Assembly (NCBI GenBank): GCA_963809805.1
Contig: CAWELB010000008.1
Location: 684,157 to 748,156, forward strand
DNA length: 64,000 bases
DNA from: an uncultured Chloroflexia bacterium
GTDB taxonomy: Bacteria; Chloroflexota; Anaerolineae; Anaerolineales; UBA4823
Direction: 5' to 3'
Below the pieces are notes generated by a model that was not told the DNA's origin, made no database searches, and saw only the letters and a program-made list of their open reading frames with translations. Positions 1-10,474 of this stretch are shown in pieces; position 1 is the stretch's first letter, and the number at the start of each line of letters is the position of its first letter. A program made the translations under genes and the position numbers.

Positions 1-173
1 ATAGCAATGTGATGAATTCTTGGGTTAAGCGCCTGAGAATTTGTATCGCTTTCGTAGGTGAGCAAATGGACGTCGTATCCTTTTTGTGAAAGTCTGTTCG
101 CTAAAAAAGCCATCACTTTCCCCGCACCCCCATAAGTTAACTTATAAGTGACAAATAGAATTTTTATCGACAC
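1..173 (-). CDS. glycosyltransferase (GT4-like), N-terminal 57 codons only; gene runs off the left edge
   Basis: Reverse-strand GTG at 173, then VSIKILFVTYKLTYGGAGKVMAFLANRLSQKGYDVHLLTYE, a typical Gly-rich N-terminus of GT-B/GT4 enzymes. It lies 6 nt downstream of the preceding GT2 gene on the same strand. Confidence 0.5.
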   Translation of the reverse strand, partial: MSIKILFVTYKLTYGGAGKVMAFLANRLSQKGYDVHLLTYESDTNSQALNPRIHHIA

Positions 174-179
174 AGGTCC

Positions 180-1187
180 TCAGAATGCTGCGATAAACCC
201 AAAATCACGCACAAAACTTATGAACTTGTTCAACGACACAGTTTCCCTGACCAGGTTTTGATTCAATTGCGTTAATTTACGGAATGCCTGCGGTAAGCTC
301 TTGAACCCAATATGCTTAATTATCCTCAGGCAAAACAGTGTATATACCATTGGATAAAAGATTACCGGATAAAAAATCAGCTTTACATGGACCGAACCTG
401 TATAGTGGTATATCGTCTCTTCGCGCCAGCTTGGACGTGTGCTTGTGCTGGGTTGATGAATGATTTGAATATCCTTCATCTCAATTACATATTTTCCATT
501 GAAATAATTTTTCAACGATGTGTATAGTTCCGGCATCCCGCGGAATTGTTGAGTGAGAAAGATCCTTTTTTGATCGGGTAGACGTTGCTTATCTATGAGG
601 CACGAACCACCGTGGAAAAACAATACCTTGTCTTTGAGACTCCCCGTATAATTTTTCTTTGTCGCTGTTGGGGGGCGTAGTCCATTAAGCTCTGTATCAA
701 AAATTGATGTGGTGATACAAAATATATTTTCATTTTCAACCAGTGTCTCGATCATTTTCTCAAAATAGGTCTCTTTTGGGCTATCGATGTAACCATCGTC
801 ATCTAAAAAATACACATATCGGCCATTGGACTGGCTAAATCCAAGATTTCTTCCTGCTGAAACCCCTATATTTTCAGTTAAATAAAAATATTTGCACCTG
901 GTTCCATGCTCGATAAAAAATTGATCAGCTCTTTCTTGGGTGCCATCTGTAGATCCATTATCGACAATAATAAATTCGGTATTTAATGGTAGAGAGCATT
1001 CAATGCATGACAGTAATGCTCGTGATAACTCTTCCTTTCTATTCCTTGTCAAAATTATTATTGATAGTAATGTGTTTTGTGAAACCGAATCCGGTGAAGT
1101 CAATTCCGCGCTCACTTTGGGTACGAGATCGTCCTCAATGTTTTTCGATATTACATCGATTATCTGATACGAGAAATTCTCTTCCAA
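180..1187 (-). CDS. family 2 glycosyltransferase
   Basis: 335-aa ORF with the GT-A signature LSIIILTRNRKEEL...FIIVDNGSTDGT and a DDD acidic motif (YFLDDDGY). Confidence 0.85.
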   Translation of the reverse strand: MEENFSYQIIDVISKNIEDDLVPKVSAELTSPDSVSQNTLLSIIILTRNRKEELSRALLSCIECSLPLNTEFIIVDNGSTDGTQERADQFFIEHGTRCKYFYLTENIGVSAGRNLGFSQSNGRYVYFLDDDGYIDSPKETYFEKMIETLVENENIFCITTSIFDTELNGLRPPTATKKNYTGSLKDKVLFFHGGSCLIDKQRLPDQKRIFLTQQFRGMPELYTSLKNYFNGKYVIEMKDIQIIHQPSTSTRPSWREETIYHYTGSVHVKLIFYPVIFYPMVYTLFCLRIIKHIGFKSLPQAFRKLTQLNQNLVRETVSLNKFISFVRDFGFIAAF

Positions 1188-1334
1188 TGAAAATATCCTG
1201 TCCGTAATTCTTTTTGATTTTCTGAGAATGAACGCTTCCGCCGAATGATCAATCTAACCTTCTGTCAGATTTACTCACTGTGTGAAATCCCGAATTAAAT
1301 TCAAAAAAATCAGCGGCTCTAATGGATTCAGAGT

Positions 1335-2270
1335 TCAATCCACCTTTAAAGCTAATCTAATTCCTTGTTTATAGATTGATCTTCTGCTTACCCATGTCTG
1401 GTTATCGTGTAAAAATGGGATTAACAGTGCTAATTCGGTAACCATTAACTTCACCCATGACATGGTAAACCCAAAGCACCGGAAAATAATACTTGCAAAT
1501 TTTCCGTATCGTTTCTCAACCAGGTGATAGAGTGTGCGGATTGTATATTGGTCAAATTCGCTTGCTTGTTTTGAGCTCTCCCCTCCATAATGAATCACCA
1601 TAGCCTTGCTGAGATAATATATTTTCCACCCTCGTTGAAACGTTGTATAGCAAAGGTCTACATCTTCGCCGTACATAAAAAACCTTGGATCAAAAATGTT
1701 CTCACCTAAAATTTCTCGTCGAATAACCATGCAAGCCCCCGAAATACATTCGACGGATTGATCGATTTCATACTCTGCTGCCTCTAGATAGTTTCTATAA
1801 GCCCTCCCATTTTCTCTCGTGATCAGTAATAATTTGAGCCAATCCCAATAATGATTGAATTTTCGAGCGCATACTCTCTGAATTGTGCCATCACGCGCCA
1901 ATAATCTGGGTCCAACAATGGCGATAGTGGCATCGTCTTCCAATTGCCTCACCATAAGGCCGAACGCATCATTTTTCAGAATCGTGTCCGGGTTGAGCAG
2001 TCCGATGTATTTCCCTTTTGCCTTAGGTAAAGCTTTATTATTTGCCCTGCCAAATCCTAAATTTTCTAAGCTTTCAATTATTCGCACTCCCCTAAATTCA
2101 TTTCGTAACATTTCTACACTGCCATCTGTAGATGCATTATCTACCACGATAATTTCGAAAGAAATATCACGGGTCTTTTCATAGATGGAATTAATGCAGT
2201 CACATAGATAGTTCTTGACATTCCAATTTACGATCAAAATTGAAAGCTCTACCTGATGGTTAACATCCAT
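1335..2270 (-). CDS. family 2 glycosyltransferase (rhamnosyltransferase-like)
   Basis: 311-aa ORF with LSILIVNWN...IIVVDNASTDGS and a downstream ...YGEDVDLC motif typical of GT2. Confidence 0.85.
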   Translation of the reverse strand: MDVNHQVELSILIVNWNVKNYLCDCINSIYEKTRDISFEIIVVDNASTDGSVEMLRNEFRGVRIIESLENLGFGRANNKALPKAKGKYIGLLNPDTILKNDAFGLMVRQLEDDATIAIVGPRLLARDGTIQRVCARKFNHYWDWLKLLLITRENGRAYRNYLEAAEYEIDQSVECISGACMVIRREILGENIFDPRFFMYGEDVDLCYTTFQRGWKIYYLSKAMVIHYGGESSKQASEFDQYTIRTLYHLVEKRYGKFASIIFRCFGFTMSWVKLMVTELALLIPFLHDNQTWVSRRSIYKQGIRLALKVD

Positions 2271-2294
2271 GGTTTCTCCCTACCATCAATCGAA

Positions 2295-3869
2295 TCAAGA
2301 CTTTTTACTCCAATACAAGGTGATTGATTTAAAAATTGGCAGGTTCCCAATAAAATTGATCACAACTTTAAAATGGTGCAGTCGTACATATCCGAACAGC
2401 ACCAATAACAATAAATATATAGTTGCGAAGATCGCACCATTTACCATAATATTTCCAAGCACTTCCAACCGATTAACCGTATCTGCTGATAATGCTATTG
2501 AGGGCACCAGCCGTTGTACCAACCATCCAGCGGTCAGGCTGGAGATTAATGCCAGGGTTGGCGGTAAGATCACTTTGCGTAAAAACAGAGAATTGGAGAA
2601 GCCAATCACCTTGTTAAACCAGTACATAAAAAACAATGACGATGAGAAATAAGCGATGAGTGTACCTGCTAGCACGCCTTGAATTCCCCACAGCCTCCCA
2701 AAGAGATATCCGAAGATCAAATTGCTCGCCAGTAATACGATTCCAAAAACCGTTTCAAGTCCCGGTCTGCCGATACCCCTCGTCAGGCAGGTACCGGTTC
2801 CCGTACTTACGTGTATATAATTTGCCAGCGCCAGGCTAATTAGTACGATGACCGCAATCGGATAGTGTTTCCCTGTCCAAAATACGATGATTGGATCAGC
2901 AATCGCACAGATTAGTCCAAATGCAGCCGAAGTGACAACGAATGAAACCCTGACTCCGTTATGGTATAAGTTAAGCAGATCTTTCCGCCTGTTCTGCGCA
3001 TGGATCTGCGAGGCCATCGGTGTCATACCACTGAATGTGATCATCGAGATATCGCGGACGCCTTGAACGATCGTCGAGCCTATTTGGTAGTTGGCAACAC
3101 CTGATAATCCTGCGAAAGTACCGATTAATATCTTGTTGATATTCGCAATCCCGATATTTGCCAGTTTCCCAGCCTGAACTTTTAAACCGAACCCAACCAA
3201 TTCCTTTGCTAGTTTCAGGTTTAGGTTTTTAGGAGAGATGCGGAAGGTCGGTAGAATTCTATGCGCACAGATATACAATAATAAGATCTGTAAGACACTA
3301 TCTGCCGCCCTTATCACCATCAGACCGACAATTCCCCCATTTGCATTCAAATAGATAATACAGGCAAAACAATATAGAATGGAAGTGAAAACCTGAATTG
3401 AGTTATTGTATTCCATCCGCTGAAGTCCGACAGGAATGGCTTCCAGCACGTTAAAAGTGGTAGCGAACGCAAAAACAAACAAACCTATCCTGAAAGATGT
3501 TAATGCTGCGGGTTGCAATTCTGGTGCGATATTAAATAACTTCGGGGTTAATTGGATTAATGGAAGACCGGTTGCGATTACAAATACAGAAATTAATAGG
3601 TATAGACCAATACCGCAGATAATTACCCCATTGATGTGATCGAATTCGTCCTTGGCATGAAATTCTGCAATATATTTGGAATAAGCTCCACTGACACCAA
3701 AGTCAAGGAACCCAATATACGAAATAATTAAGGTTACCAGTGACCAAATCGCAAAATAATTGTCTCCTAAATGGGAAATAATGATGGGTGTGAGGATGAT
3801 AGAAACTATCATCGTGCCAAAACGGCCAAACCCATTATAAATTGAATTTTTTAACAACCTTTGATACAT
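2295..3869 (-). CDS. polysaccharide flippase (Wzx / MOP superfamily-like)
   Basis: 524-aa ORF that is almost entirely hydrophobic helices (more than 10 predicted TM). It sits inside a glycosyltransferase operon. Confidence 0.7.
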   Translation of the reverse strand: MYQRLLKNSIYNGFGRFGTMIVSIILTPIIISHLGDNYFAIWSLVTLIISYIGFLDFGVSGAYSKYIAEFHAKDEFDHINGVIICGIGLYLLISVFVIATGLPLIQLTPKLFNIAPELQPAALTSFRIGLFVFAFATTFNVLEAIPVGLQRMEYNNSIQVFTSILYCFACIIYLNANGGIVGLMVIRAADSVLQILLLYICAHRILPTFRISPKNLNLKLAKELVGFGLKVQAGKLANIGIANINKILIGTFAGLSGVANYQIGSTIVQGVRDISMITFSGMTPMASQIHAQNRRKDLLNLYHNGVRVSFVVTSAAFGLICAIADPIIVFWTGKHYPIAVIVLISLALANYIHVSTGTGTCLTRGIGRPGLETVFGIVLLASNLIFGYLFGRLWGIQGVLAGTLIAYFSSSLFFMYWFNKVIGFSNSLFLRKVILPPTLALISSLTAGWLVQRLVPSIALSADTVNRLEVLGNIMVNGAIFATIYLLLLVLFGYVRLHHFKVVINFIGNLPIFKSITLYWSKKS

Positions 3870-4161
3870 GAATACTCTTTGACCAATATTAATTTAATGG
3901 CTAAGTATTAACCATAGAGCAATTGAAATATTCGTTGAATTGCTTAATAGCTTGGTAGGACGGCCTGTTTAAAATAAATTATGGATAGAGTTCGATATCA
4001 TTACCATTTCGTAACTCATGAACTCCACCCACAGTTTGTTTACTACTATTTTCCAAGAGATAAATCTGGTTCTCGATCGAATAGCCTGAAAACTTGTTCA
4101 AAACGGAAATAACTGGCTTAGTAATACAAATGGAAGCGACCTCACAACACTAAATGTAAAT

Positions 4162-5874
4162 TTATTTCGTGTGCAGCTTGGCTGATATTGGGCTCTTAAC
4201 CCCTCTGCCCTTTGGATTTCGATATAAGCTCGTTGCTTTAATTTTCTTGGTTTGCTTTGTTTTGTTTTTTGGGAGATCGTTATTGTAATATTTATAATGC
4301 TTATAATAGTAGCCGTAGGAAGAGTCACGTAAATTTATATCATTTAGAACAACACCAAGTAGATTTGCATTTAGATGGCGGTATTGGTTGATCATCCGTC
4401 GAAGTGGAGCCAGATGTGTGGAACCAGGTTTGACAACGAATATTACCCCTTCCATATATCCCAACATGACCGCTGAATCGGTGACTGCCAGGGCTGGCGG
4501 AGTGTCGACCAAAACGATGTCAAAATGGGATTTTAACCCTTTCAGGATGGATCCCATATAATGTGATCCGAGCAGCTCGGATGAATTCGGAAGGGATTCT
4601 CCAGCGGTTAATGCGGTCAATCCATTAATCCGTGTTGGCTGAAGTGCGTAATCAACCGCTAAATCAGGGTGTAAAAATAGTTGGCTTAATCCAATCTGAT
4701 TATTTATAGATAGACGAGTATGAATTGATGGCCGGCGCATGTCGGCATCCATCAGTAACACTTTATATCCATTTTGAGCGAGAACTACTCCGAGGTTGAT
4801 TACGACATCTGTTTTGCCTTCACCTGGCATCGCGCTGGTGACTAAAATCGAACGCAAAGGTTTATTGATCCCTGCTCCCGTGAAATTAACATTCGTGCGT
4901 AGCGTGCGAAAAGCTTCCGATTCCGGTGATATCGGCTTAGATTCTGTGATTGGTTTCCCGTCTTCTGCACTATAGTGTGATATCACTCCCAAAACTGGTA
5001 GTCCTAATTTTTCCGTAACTTCTTCAGGTGTTTTGACTGTATCATTCAGAATATCAACTCCGATGATCGCACTGCACGCCAATATTGCACTCAGTAATCC
5101 AGCGATAGCTACGTTCATGAATGTTCTTGGTCGAATAGGATCTATAGGAATGGTCGCTGGTTCAACCTGGACGATACTGGAAAGTGTTTGTGCAGCCGTC
5201 AATCGAACCTGTTCGTAACTCTGCAGTAAGCTTGAATACGTCTGGTTATAGTTCGCGATCGTGGTCTCAAGTCGGTCTTTTTCTACACGGTCAGTTGTAT
5301 TGGCCAGCTGCCCGTTTGCAAGTGCGATTTTACCCTCAATATCAGCCATTTGTGCTTGCAGGCTTTGTTCCGAGGCAGAGAAACGTGTCGTTTGGAGGGA
5401 TTGCACCTGATCCGCGAAAACCACAACCAAAGTATTGGCAATATCAGCTGCCAGCCTTGGATCAGTTGATTCAGAAAAAATGTTGATCAATTGGGTGCTG
5501 GTGACCGGTTTGGCTGAGATGGCTTTCGGATTCACTCCTGCTATACCCAATCGCGTCGCCACCTCACTGAGCACAGGTGACTTGACGATCATCTGCGCAT
5601 AGGTTTGCGTGAGCTGGGAGCTAAGGAGAACGGAGTTGTAATCGATAGTTTTATTCGAAGGCGCCATATCCACTAAAATTGAGGTTTTAGCCTGGTAAAC
5701 AGGGGCGCTTAGTTTGCTAATGAAATACGTTCCCCCGGTGGTGATCACAATAATAAGCGCGATGAGCCACGCCCAATGCCATATGAGCAAGATGTACTTA
5801 ATCAGATCAATGGATTCAGAATATTGATTTTCTACAACCGGTGATTGCATGAATTCTCCTTCAATCCAGACCAA
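4162..5874 (-). CDS. fused chain-length determinant (Wzz) / BY-family tyrosine autokinase
   Basis: N-terminal TM plus a coiled periplasmic region plus a second TM. Walker A is SAMPGEGKT, Walker A' is LLMDADMRRP, Walker B is IVLVDTPP. The C-terminal Tyr cluster is SSYGYYYKHYKYY. Confidence 0.85.
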   Translation of the reverse strand: MVWIEGEFMQSPVVENQYSESIDLIKYILLIWHWAWLIALIIVITTGGTYFISKLSAPVYQAKTSILVDMAPSNKTIDYNSVLLSSQLTQTYAQMIVKSPVLSEVATRLGIAGVNPKAISAKPVTSTQLINIFSESTDPRLAADIANTLVVVFADQVQSLQTTRFSASEQSLQAQMADIEGKIALANGQLANTTDRVEKDRLETTIANYNQTYSSLLQSYEQVRLTAAQTLSSIVQVEPATIPIDPIRPRTFMNVAIAGLLSAILACSAIIGVDILNDTVKTPEEVTEKLGLPVLGVISHYSAEDGKPITESKPISPESEAFRTLRTNVNFTGAGINKPLRSILVTSAMPGEGKTDVVINLGVVLAQNGYKVLLMDADMRRPSIHTRLSINNQIGLSQLFLHPDLAVDYALQPTRINGLTALTAGESLPNSSELLGSHYMGSILKGLKSHFDIVLVDTPPALAVTDSAVMLGYMEGVIFVVKPGSTHLAPLRRMINQYRHLNANLLGVVLNDINLRDSSYGYYYKHYKYYNNDLPKNKTKQTKKIKATSLYRNPKGRGVKSPISAKLHTK

Positions 5875-5890
5875 TTCCTGATCCGGCTTA

Positions 5891-7042
5891 TTAACCGCGC
5901 GTTGCTTCCTGCATTGAAATCACTGTCCGAGTGACAGCTTCTGAAACCAAATCAACCCGCTCTGCACCCATCCCAGGGTACAACGGTAAGGTCACTTCGT
6001 GTTCCGAAATCTGTTCAGTCTGTGGAAGCGATATTGTTCCGTATCTGGATTGGTAATAACTAAATCGATGGGTTGGCGGATAATGGATACTGGTTTGAAT
6101 GCCTTCAGCTCTTAATTTATCCATAAATGCTTTACGTTCGATGCCTGAAGGTAATATTATCGGAAATATGTGGCAGCTAGATGATGCCGCTTTTCCCTTG
6201 AAGGGCAGACCCACTCCACTCCCTTCCAAAGATCTCCAATATCGTTCAGTCCAGCTCTTCCTGAGTGCATTATTATCGGCTATTTTCTTGAGTTGTTCAA
6301 TTCCCAGGGCTGACCGTATTTCGTCGATCCGGTAGTTGTATCCCAGATCCACCACATCATAGCTGTACGCATGCCCTTGGTGACGATCATAAGTCAGACT
6401 GGTCATTCCATGAGAACGTAGCAATCTGACTTTTTCCGCGATATCATCGCGATCTGTCACCAGCATTCCGCCCTCACCGGTTGCGATATTTTTATTTGAG
6501 AAAAAACTGAAACAACCAATCGTCCCCCAGGTACCCATCGACTTTCCGTCTAATGATGCTCCTGGTGCATGGGCTGCGTCTTCAATAACGAGTAAATCCA
6601 ACCGTTTTGCGAACTCGATGATTTCATTCATCCTGCACGGATAGCCTGCATAATGCATCACGATGATGGCTTTTGTCCGTGGAGTAACTTTCTTGATAAT
6701 ATCCGCTGGATCAATGGTTAGCTCATCTGGACCAATGACATCTGCAAAACGCACCTCTGCGCCCGTATATAAAACCGCATTGGATGTAGCCACAAAAGAT
6801 AAAGATGGAGTAATGACTTCATCCCCATTGCCTATTCCAAGCGCTAGGCACGCCAGGTGGAGGGCTTCGGTAGCATTAGATAACGCGATCGCATGCTTTA
6901 TTCCAATTACCCGGCTAAATTGTGCCTCAAATTCCTGGGTGAGTCCCCCCATCGTGAGCCATTTATTACGCAGCACGCTCAAAATGGCGGTCTCTTCTTC
7001 CTGCCCATAATCAAGATCCGCCAACGGGACCCGCCAGTTCAT
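5891..7042 (-). CDS. DegT/DnrJ/EryC1/StrS-family sugar aminotransferase
   Basis: 383-aa ORF with the PLP-lysine region FSFFSNKNIATGEGG and overall DegT-like sequence. Confidence 0.85.
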   Translation of the reverse strand: MNWRVPLADLDYGQEEETAILSVLRNKWLTMGGLTQEFEAQFSRVIGIKHAIALSNATEALHLACLALGIGNGDEVITPSLSFVATSNAVLYTGAEVRFADVIGPDELTIDPADIIKKVTPRTKAIIVMHYAGYPCRMNEIIEFAKRLDLLVIEDAAHAPGASLDGKSMGTWGTIGCFSFFSNKNIATGEGGMLVTDRDDIAEKVRLLRSHGMTSLTYDRHQGHAYSYDVVDLGYNYRIDEIRSALGIEQLKKIADNNALRKSWTERYWRSLEGSGVGLPFKGKAASSSCHIFPIILPSGIERKAFMDKLRAEGIQTSIHYPPTHRFSYYQSRYGTISLPQTEQISEHEVTLPLYPGMGAERVDLVSEAVTRTVISMQEATRG

Positions 7043-7755
7043 TGATCATCTCCCGGTAAGAATTGGGAACGCATGCTCTCGAAATCGATATTCGCCTGTT
7101 CATAATCATCCGGGCGTCCCAAGTCCTCCCAGTACCCCTCAAAAGGATAAGCCACTACCCTTTTTTTATCGGCGACCAGGATTTTTATCAGGTCAGGGAA
7201 ATCCAGATATTGCCCTTTCGGTATATATTGCAGTACTGCGGGCTCAAAAATATAAATCCCCATGCTCACCAGGTAATCAATCGTCGGTTTCTCGTTATAG
7301 CCGATGATTGAATAGTCGCCATTTAGCTCGATTACTCCCAGGTCAATATGTACTTGCCGTTGGTGGGATGCGATGGTTGCCACCCCATGATTCTGCTGGT
7401 GAAATTCGACCAATTTCCTCATGTCGAGGGTGGTAAGTACGTCCCCGTTGCAGACCATAAATGTCTCGTCTAAACCGTTGATTAAGCCCAATGGACCTGC
7501 TGTTCCCAGTGGATGCTCCTCAAAACTGTAGCATATGTGTAATCCCAAATGAGCTCCATCTTGGAAAAATGCACGCATTAATCCAGCTAAATGTCCTACA
7601 GTAAGGATCACCTCATCGATCCCGGCTCTCTGCATCTGGTGTAACATGATTTCGAGGATGGCCTTATCGCCAATGGGCATCATTGGCTTTGGGATGATGT
7701 GAGTATAAGGCGCTAATCGGGCGCCTTTTCCCCCGGCAAGAACAACAGCTTTCAC
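7039..7755 (-). CDS. sugar-phosphate nucleotidyltransferase
   Basis: N-terminal MKAVVLAGGKGARLAPYT (GGxGxRL motif). It overlaps the downstream aminotransferase by 4 nt. Confidence 0.85.
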   Translation of the reverse strand: MKAVVLAGGKGARLAPYTHIIPKPMMPIGDKAILEIMLHQMQRAGIDEVILTVGHLAGLMRAFFQDGAHLGLHICYSFEEHPLGTAGPLGLINGLDETFMVCNGDVLTTLDMRKLVEFHQQNHGVATIASHQRQVHIDLGVIELNGDYSIIGYNEKPTIDYLVSMGIYIFEPAVLQYIPKGQYLDFPDLIKILVADKKRVVAYPFEGYWEDLGRPDDYEQANIDFESMRSQFLPGDDQ

Positions 7756-7767
7756 AGATGGTTCTCC

Positions 7768-9381
7768 CTACATGAATGAAGAAGTACGTTGTGCCAGGCA
7801 GTCAATGCATTTGGAATCGATGCTACCATTCCCAATATTCACAACTCTGGCTTTCTTCGCCGATTTTTTGATCAGGTGGTTCACGGATGCAAGAATATCA
7901 GGCATAACCACAAATCTGGCATTCGTCCCAGAACATATTTTTTTCAATGATTTATATCCTTTAGTATCAACTCTGTAATCCGCTAAAATAATGAGCCCAA
8001 TATCGTGTTTCTTCACTAAATTCGGAATATCTTCCCATTTACCAATGACATTTGAGCCAAATAATCTGATCCCTTGTTTTGTTAAGTCATTATCGACAAA
8101 ACCAACCAGATGATATAGTTTTGAGTTTGTCAGGTGCTCAAATAACCATGCTGCGTGTTGTGCAGATGCTCCCAAACCAATGATCAAGACCTGTTCTCTC
8201 ATCATTTGGTATTTTCGATGGAAGATCACTGATCGCTCTAAATAGTGTGCGATGATCAAGTTGTGTGATCGGAAGGCGATAAAACCGAACAGCGAGAATA
8301 CTGAACCAATCAAAATTAAATCCGCTGGGAAATACCCCAGAAACAAGTTGGCGATAAATGCGACCGATGTAGCTAGGATCCATGAGGGAACTAAATCAAA
8401 CAGGTCAGATGGATTTGCTTTTGACCACTGAATCCGGTTGGTTCCAAAGACCACTCCCATTCCACTGAACAAGACGGCATACGCAAAGGTAAGTAGCAAC
8501 GCATTTAGCTCACCAATATTCAGCGGTCCTTTTAAGCGGTATAAAAAGCCGACCAGGCCAAAGGCAATCAATGTAGTGAATAGGTCAATCGTAAACCAGT
8601 TGAGGAATCGGCTGATAACTCGCGAAAATAAACCCACAAAAAGCAAGTCTTCGGGAGGGCTGTACGATCCTACTCTTGGAAGTAACATCATTGCAGTCCA
8701 CAATAGTGTATCCAGGTCCAGCATAAATGAATGGTACCGGATATATAACTGGTCTAATCTCAATTTATTCGGACTCAGTTCGGATAAATACGTCTGTTCA
8801 ACATTACACACCGATAATAGTTTTTCTTCATCATGATACTGAACGGATGCTGGGCTCGTTATCCCTGGTCGGACAGATAAAACCTCATTTCGAACCTCTC
8901 TTGGCCAGGTTTGAGTGAATTCTGGGTCCTCCGGTCGAGGTCCCACCAGGCTCATTTCACCCTTTAGCACATTCCAGAATTGTGGGATTTCATTCAGCTT
9001 GGTGTCTCTTAACCAACGTCCAATGGGTGTGACACGATTATCATCGTGAGCTGTAATTCTGGGTCCGTCATAACTCTTCGGGGTTTCTTCCATGGTTCGA
9101 AATTTTATAATATTGAAGGGCTTCCCGTTCCTCCCGGTTCGAATACCCTGGTAGAAAACTGGTCCGGATGACGTGCGCTTGATTGCAATCGCAATTAACA
9201 TGTAGAACGGCGCGAATAACACCAACACAGTTGATGACAGAATGATGTCAAAAACTCTCTTCATGTAATCGCTTATCAAAACTTTTATTTTGACAGATCT
9301 TGAAATCTGTGTTGATAATCGAATATTTAGGATTTGATCCCCTGCGCTCATGCTATATTCCTCCAAATAATTCCAGTGCAA
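7768..9381 (-). CDS. phosphoglycosyl (bacterial sugar) transferase with C-terminal TM block and Rossmann/CoA-binding-like domain
   Basis: The Bac_transf signature (KRVFDIILS..., FRTM, NEIPQFWNVLKGEMSLVGPRPE) is at aa ~40-245. It is followed by ~4 TM helices and then VLIIGLGASAQ...VGFVDND. Confidence 0.8.
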   Translation of the reverse strand: MHWNYLEEYSMSAGDQILNIRLSTQISRSVKIKVLISDYMKRVFDIILSSTVLVLFAPFYMLIAIAIKRTSSGPVFYQGIRTGRNGKPFNIIKFRTMEETPKSYDGPRITAHDDNRVTPIGRWLRDTKLNEIPQFWNVLKGEMSLVGPRPEDPEFTQTWPREVRNEVLSVRPGITSPASVQYHDEEKLLSVCNVEQTYLSELSPNKLRLDQLYIRYHSFMLDLDTLLWTAMMLLPRVGSYSPPEDLLFVGLFSRVISRFLNWFTIDLFTTLIAFGLVGFLYRLKGPLNIGELNALLLTFAYAVLFSGMGVVFGTNRIQWSKANPSDLFDLVPSWILATSVAFIANLFLGYFPADLILIGSVFSLFGFIAFRSHNLIIAHYLERSVIFHRKYQMMREQVLIIGLGASAQHAAWLFEHLTNSKLYHLVGFVDNDLTKQGIRLFGSNVIGKWEDIPNLVKKHDIGLIILADYRVDTKGYKSLKKICSGTNARFVVMPDILASVNHLIKKSAKKARVVNIGNGSIDSKCIDCLAQRTSSFM

Positions 9382-9626
9382 TCATTATCTATGCTCCGCC
9401 ATTCCGACATGTGATGCTTATATCGGATAATCATGACAATATGAAACAGCTTTGCACTACCCTTTCTGGGATAGTTCCCATGCAGGTAATTATTGATCAG
9501 CGCTATGATCCAATAAAGAAGACATTTCTGATTTTATGTTTGATCATTTCATTCTTCTGATATCGGAATAATTCCATGCAATTTCTGTGATCGATATTGC
9601 TTCCACGTGTATAGCTTATTGTCATT

Positions 9627-9959
9627 TTATTTAAATCGGTAGCCGTTAAACTTTAATGCGATTCCACAAGTTCCATCAATTTGAGGTTCAGATCGCACCA
9701 CAATTCCATTCGTCGCTATTTTGGGGGTGTTAATATCAATTTGTGCACTCGTGAGGAGGATAGTTACAGATAATTGTGAGCCAATTGTGATACGTCGATT
9801 GGCCTTCATAAATAAACCACTGGCACTCAGGTTCGTTAGTTTTGCACTATCGTTGAATTTATTTCCATATTCATCATGGCCTTCAACGATAGCTGGATAA
9901 TCACAAATGACGCGTGGTTTAATCCTTCTCTCTGCTGTAATATACATTAGGCTTCCCAT
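9627..9959 (-). CDS. PilZ domain protein
   Basis: 110 aa with an RxxxR motif (ERRIKPR) and a D/NxSxxG motif (NLSASG). Confidence 0.7.
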   Translation of the reverse strand: MGSLMYITAERRIKPRVICDYPAIVEGHDEYGNKFNDSAKLTNLSASGLFMKANRRITIGSQLSVTILLTSAQIDINTPKIATNGIVVRSEPQIDGTCGIALKFNGYRFK

Positions 9960-10474
9960 CTCACCATGAGCCCTGGTGGAATGTAAGATAATATTTCAAA
10001 GCTGGGTAGCAATTTCTTATGATAAATATATTAGAAAAACATTAATTCCGCATCGGTAAAATAGCCAGAAGAAAATAGACAATAAGGACTATTTTTTATT
10101 ATCAATAAAGGACATATAACGACCATCTCTATGGCACAAATGTGCCATTCATTCGGTGTAACTGCTCACTGTGTCTTCTATTTTGATCCATTGAATTCAG
10201 AATTATCGAAACCATCTCACATTATTGTCATTGCGATGAGGGCGTAATCCGCATCTTGGGTTATAACCACACTTCGTAGCCCGAAGAAGCAATCTTCCAC
10301 TAACGTTTCCGAAGATTTGGCTATTTTCCGATTTCGGCGAGTAATTACGCATAATCCATGGTCCCTTTGAAACCTAAAAACAGGCGAACTTCTTGCAACA
10401 GTATGGATCATACGGACCAATCAACCTGTCCTGATGAAGTAGATGAACTGACGCCTGGTTCAGGAGTGAAATGT

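Noticed and set aside
10358-10474. The upstream 39 codons of the YbaY-like ORF.
   Set aside because: There is no RBS at the upstream start. The internal ATG at 10475 has a CAGGAG RBS and starts directly with a lipoprotein signal peptide.
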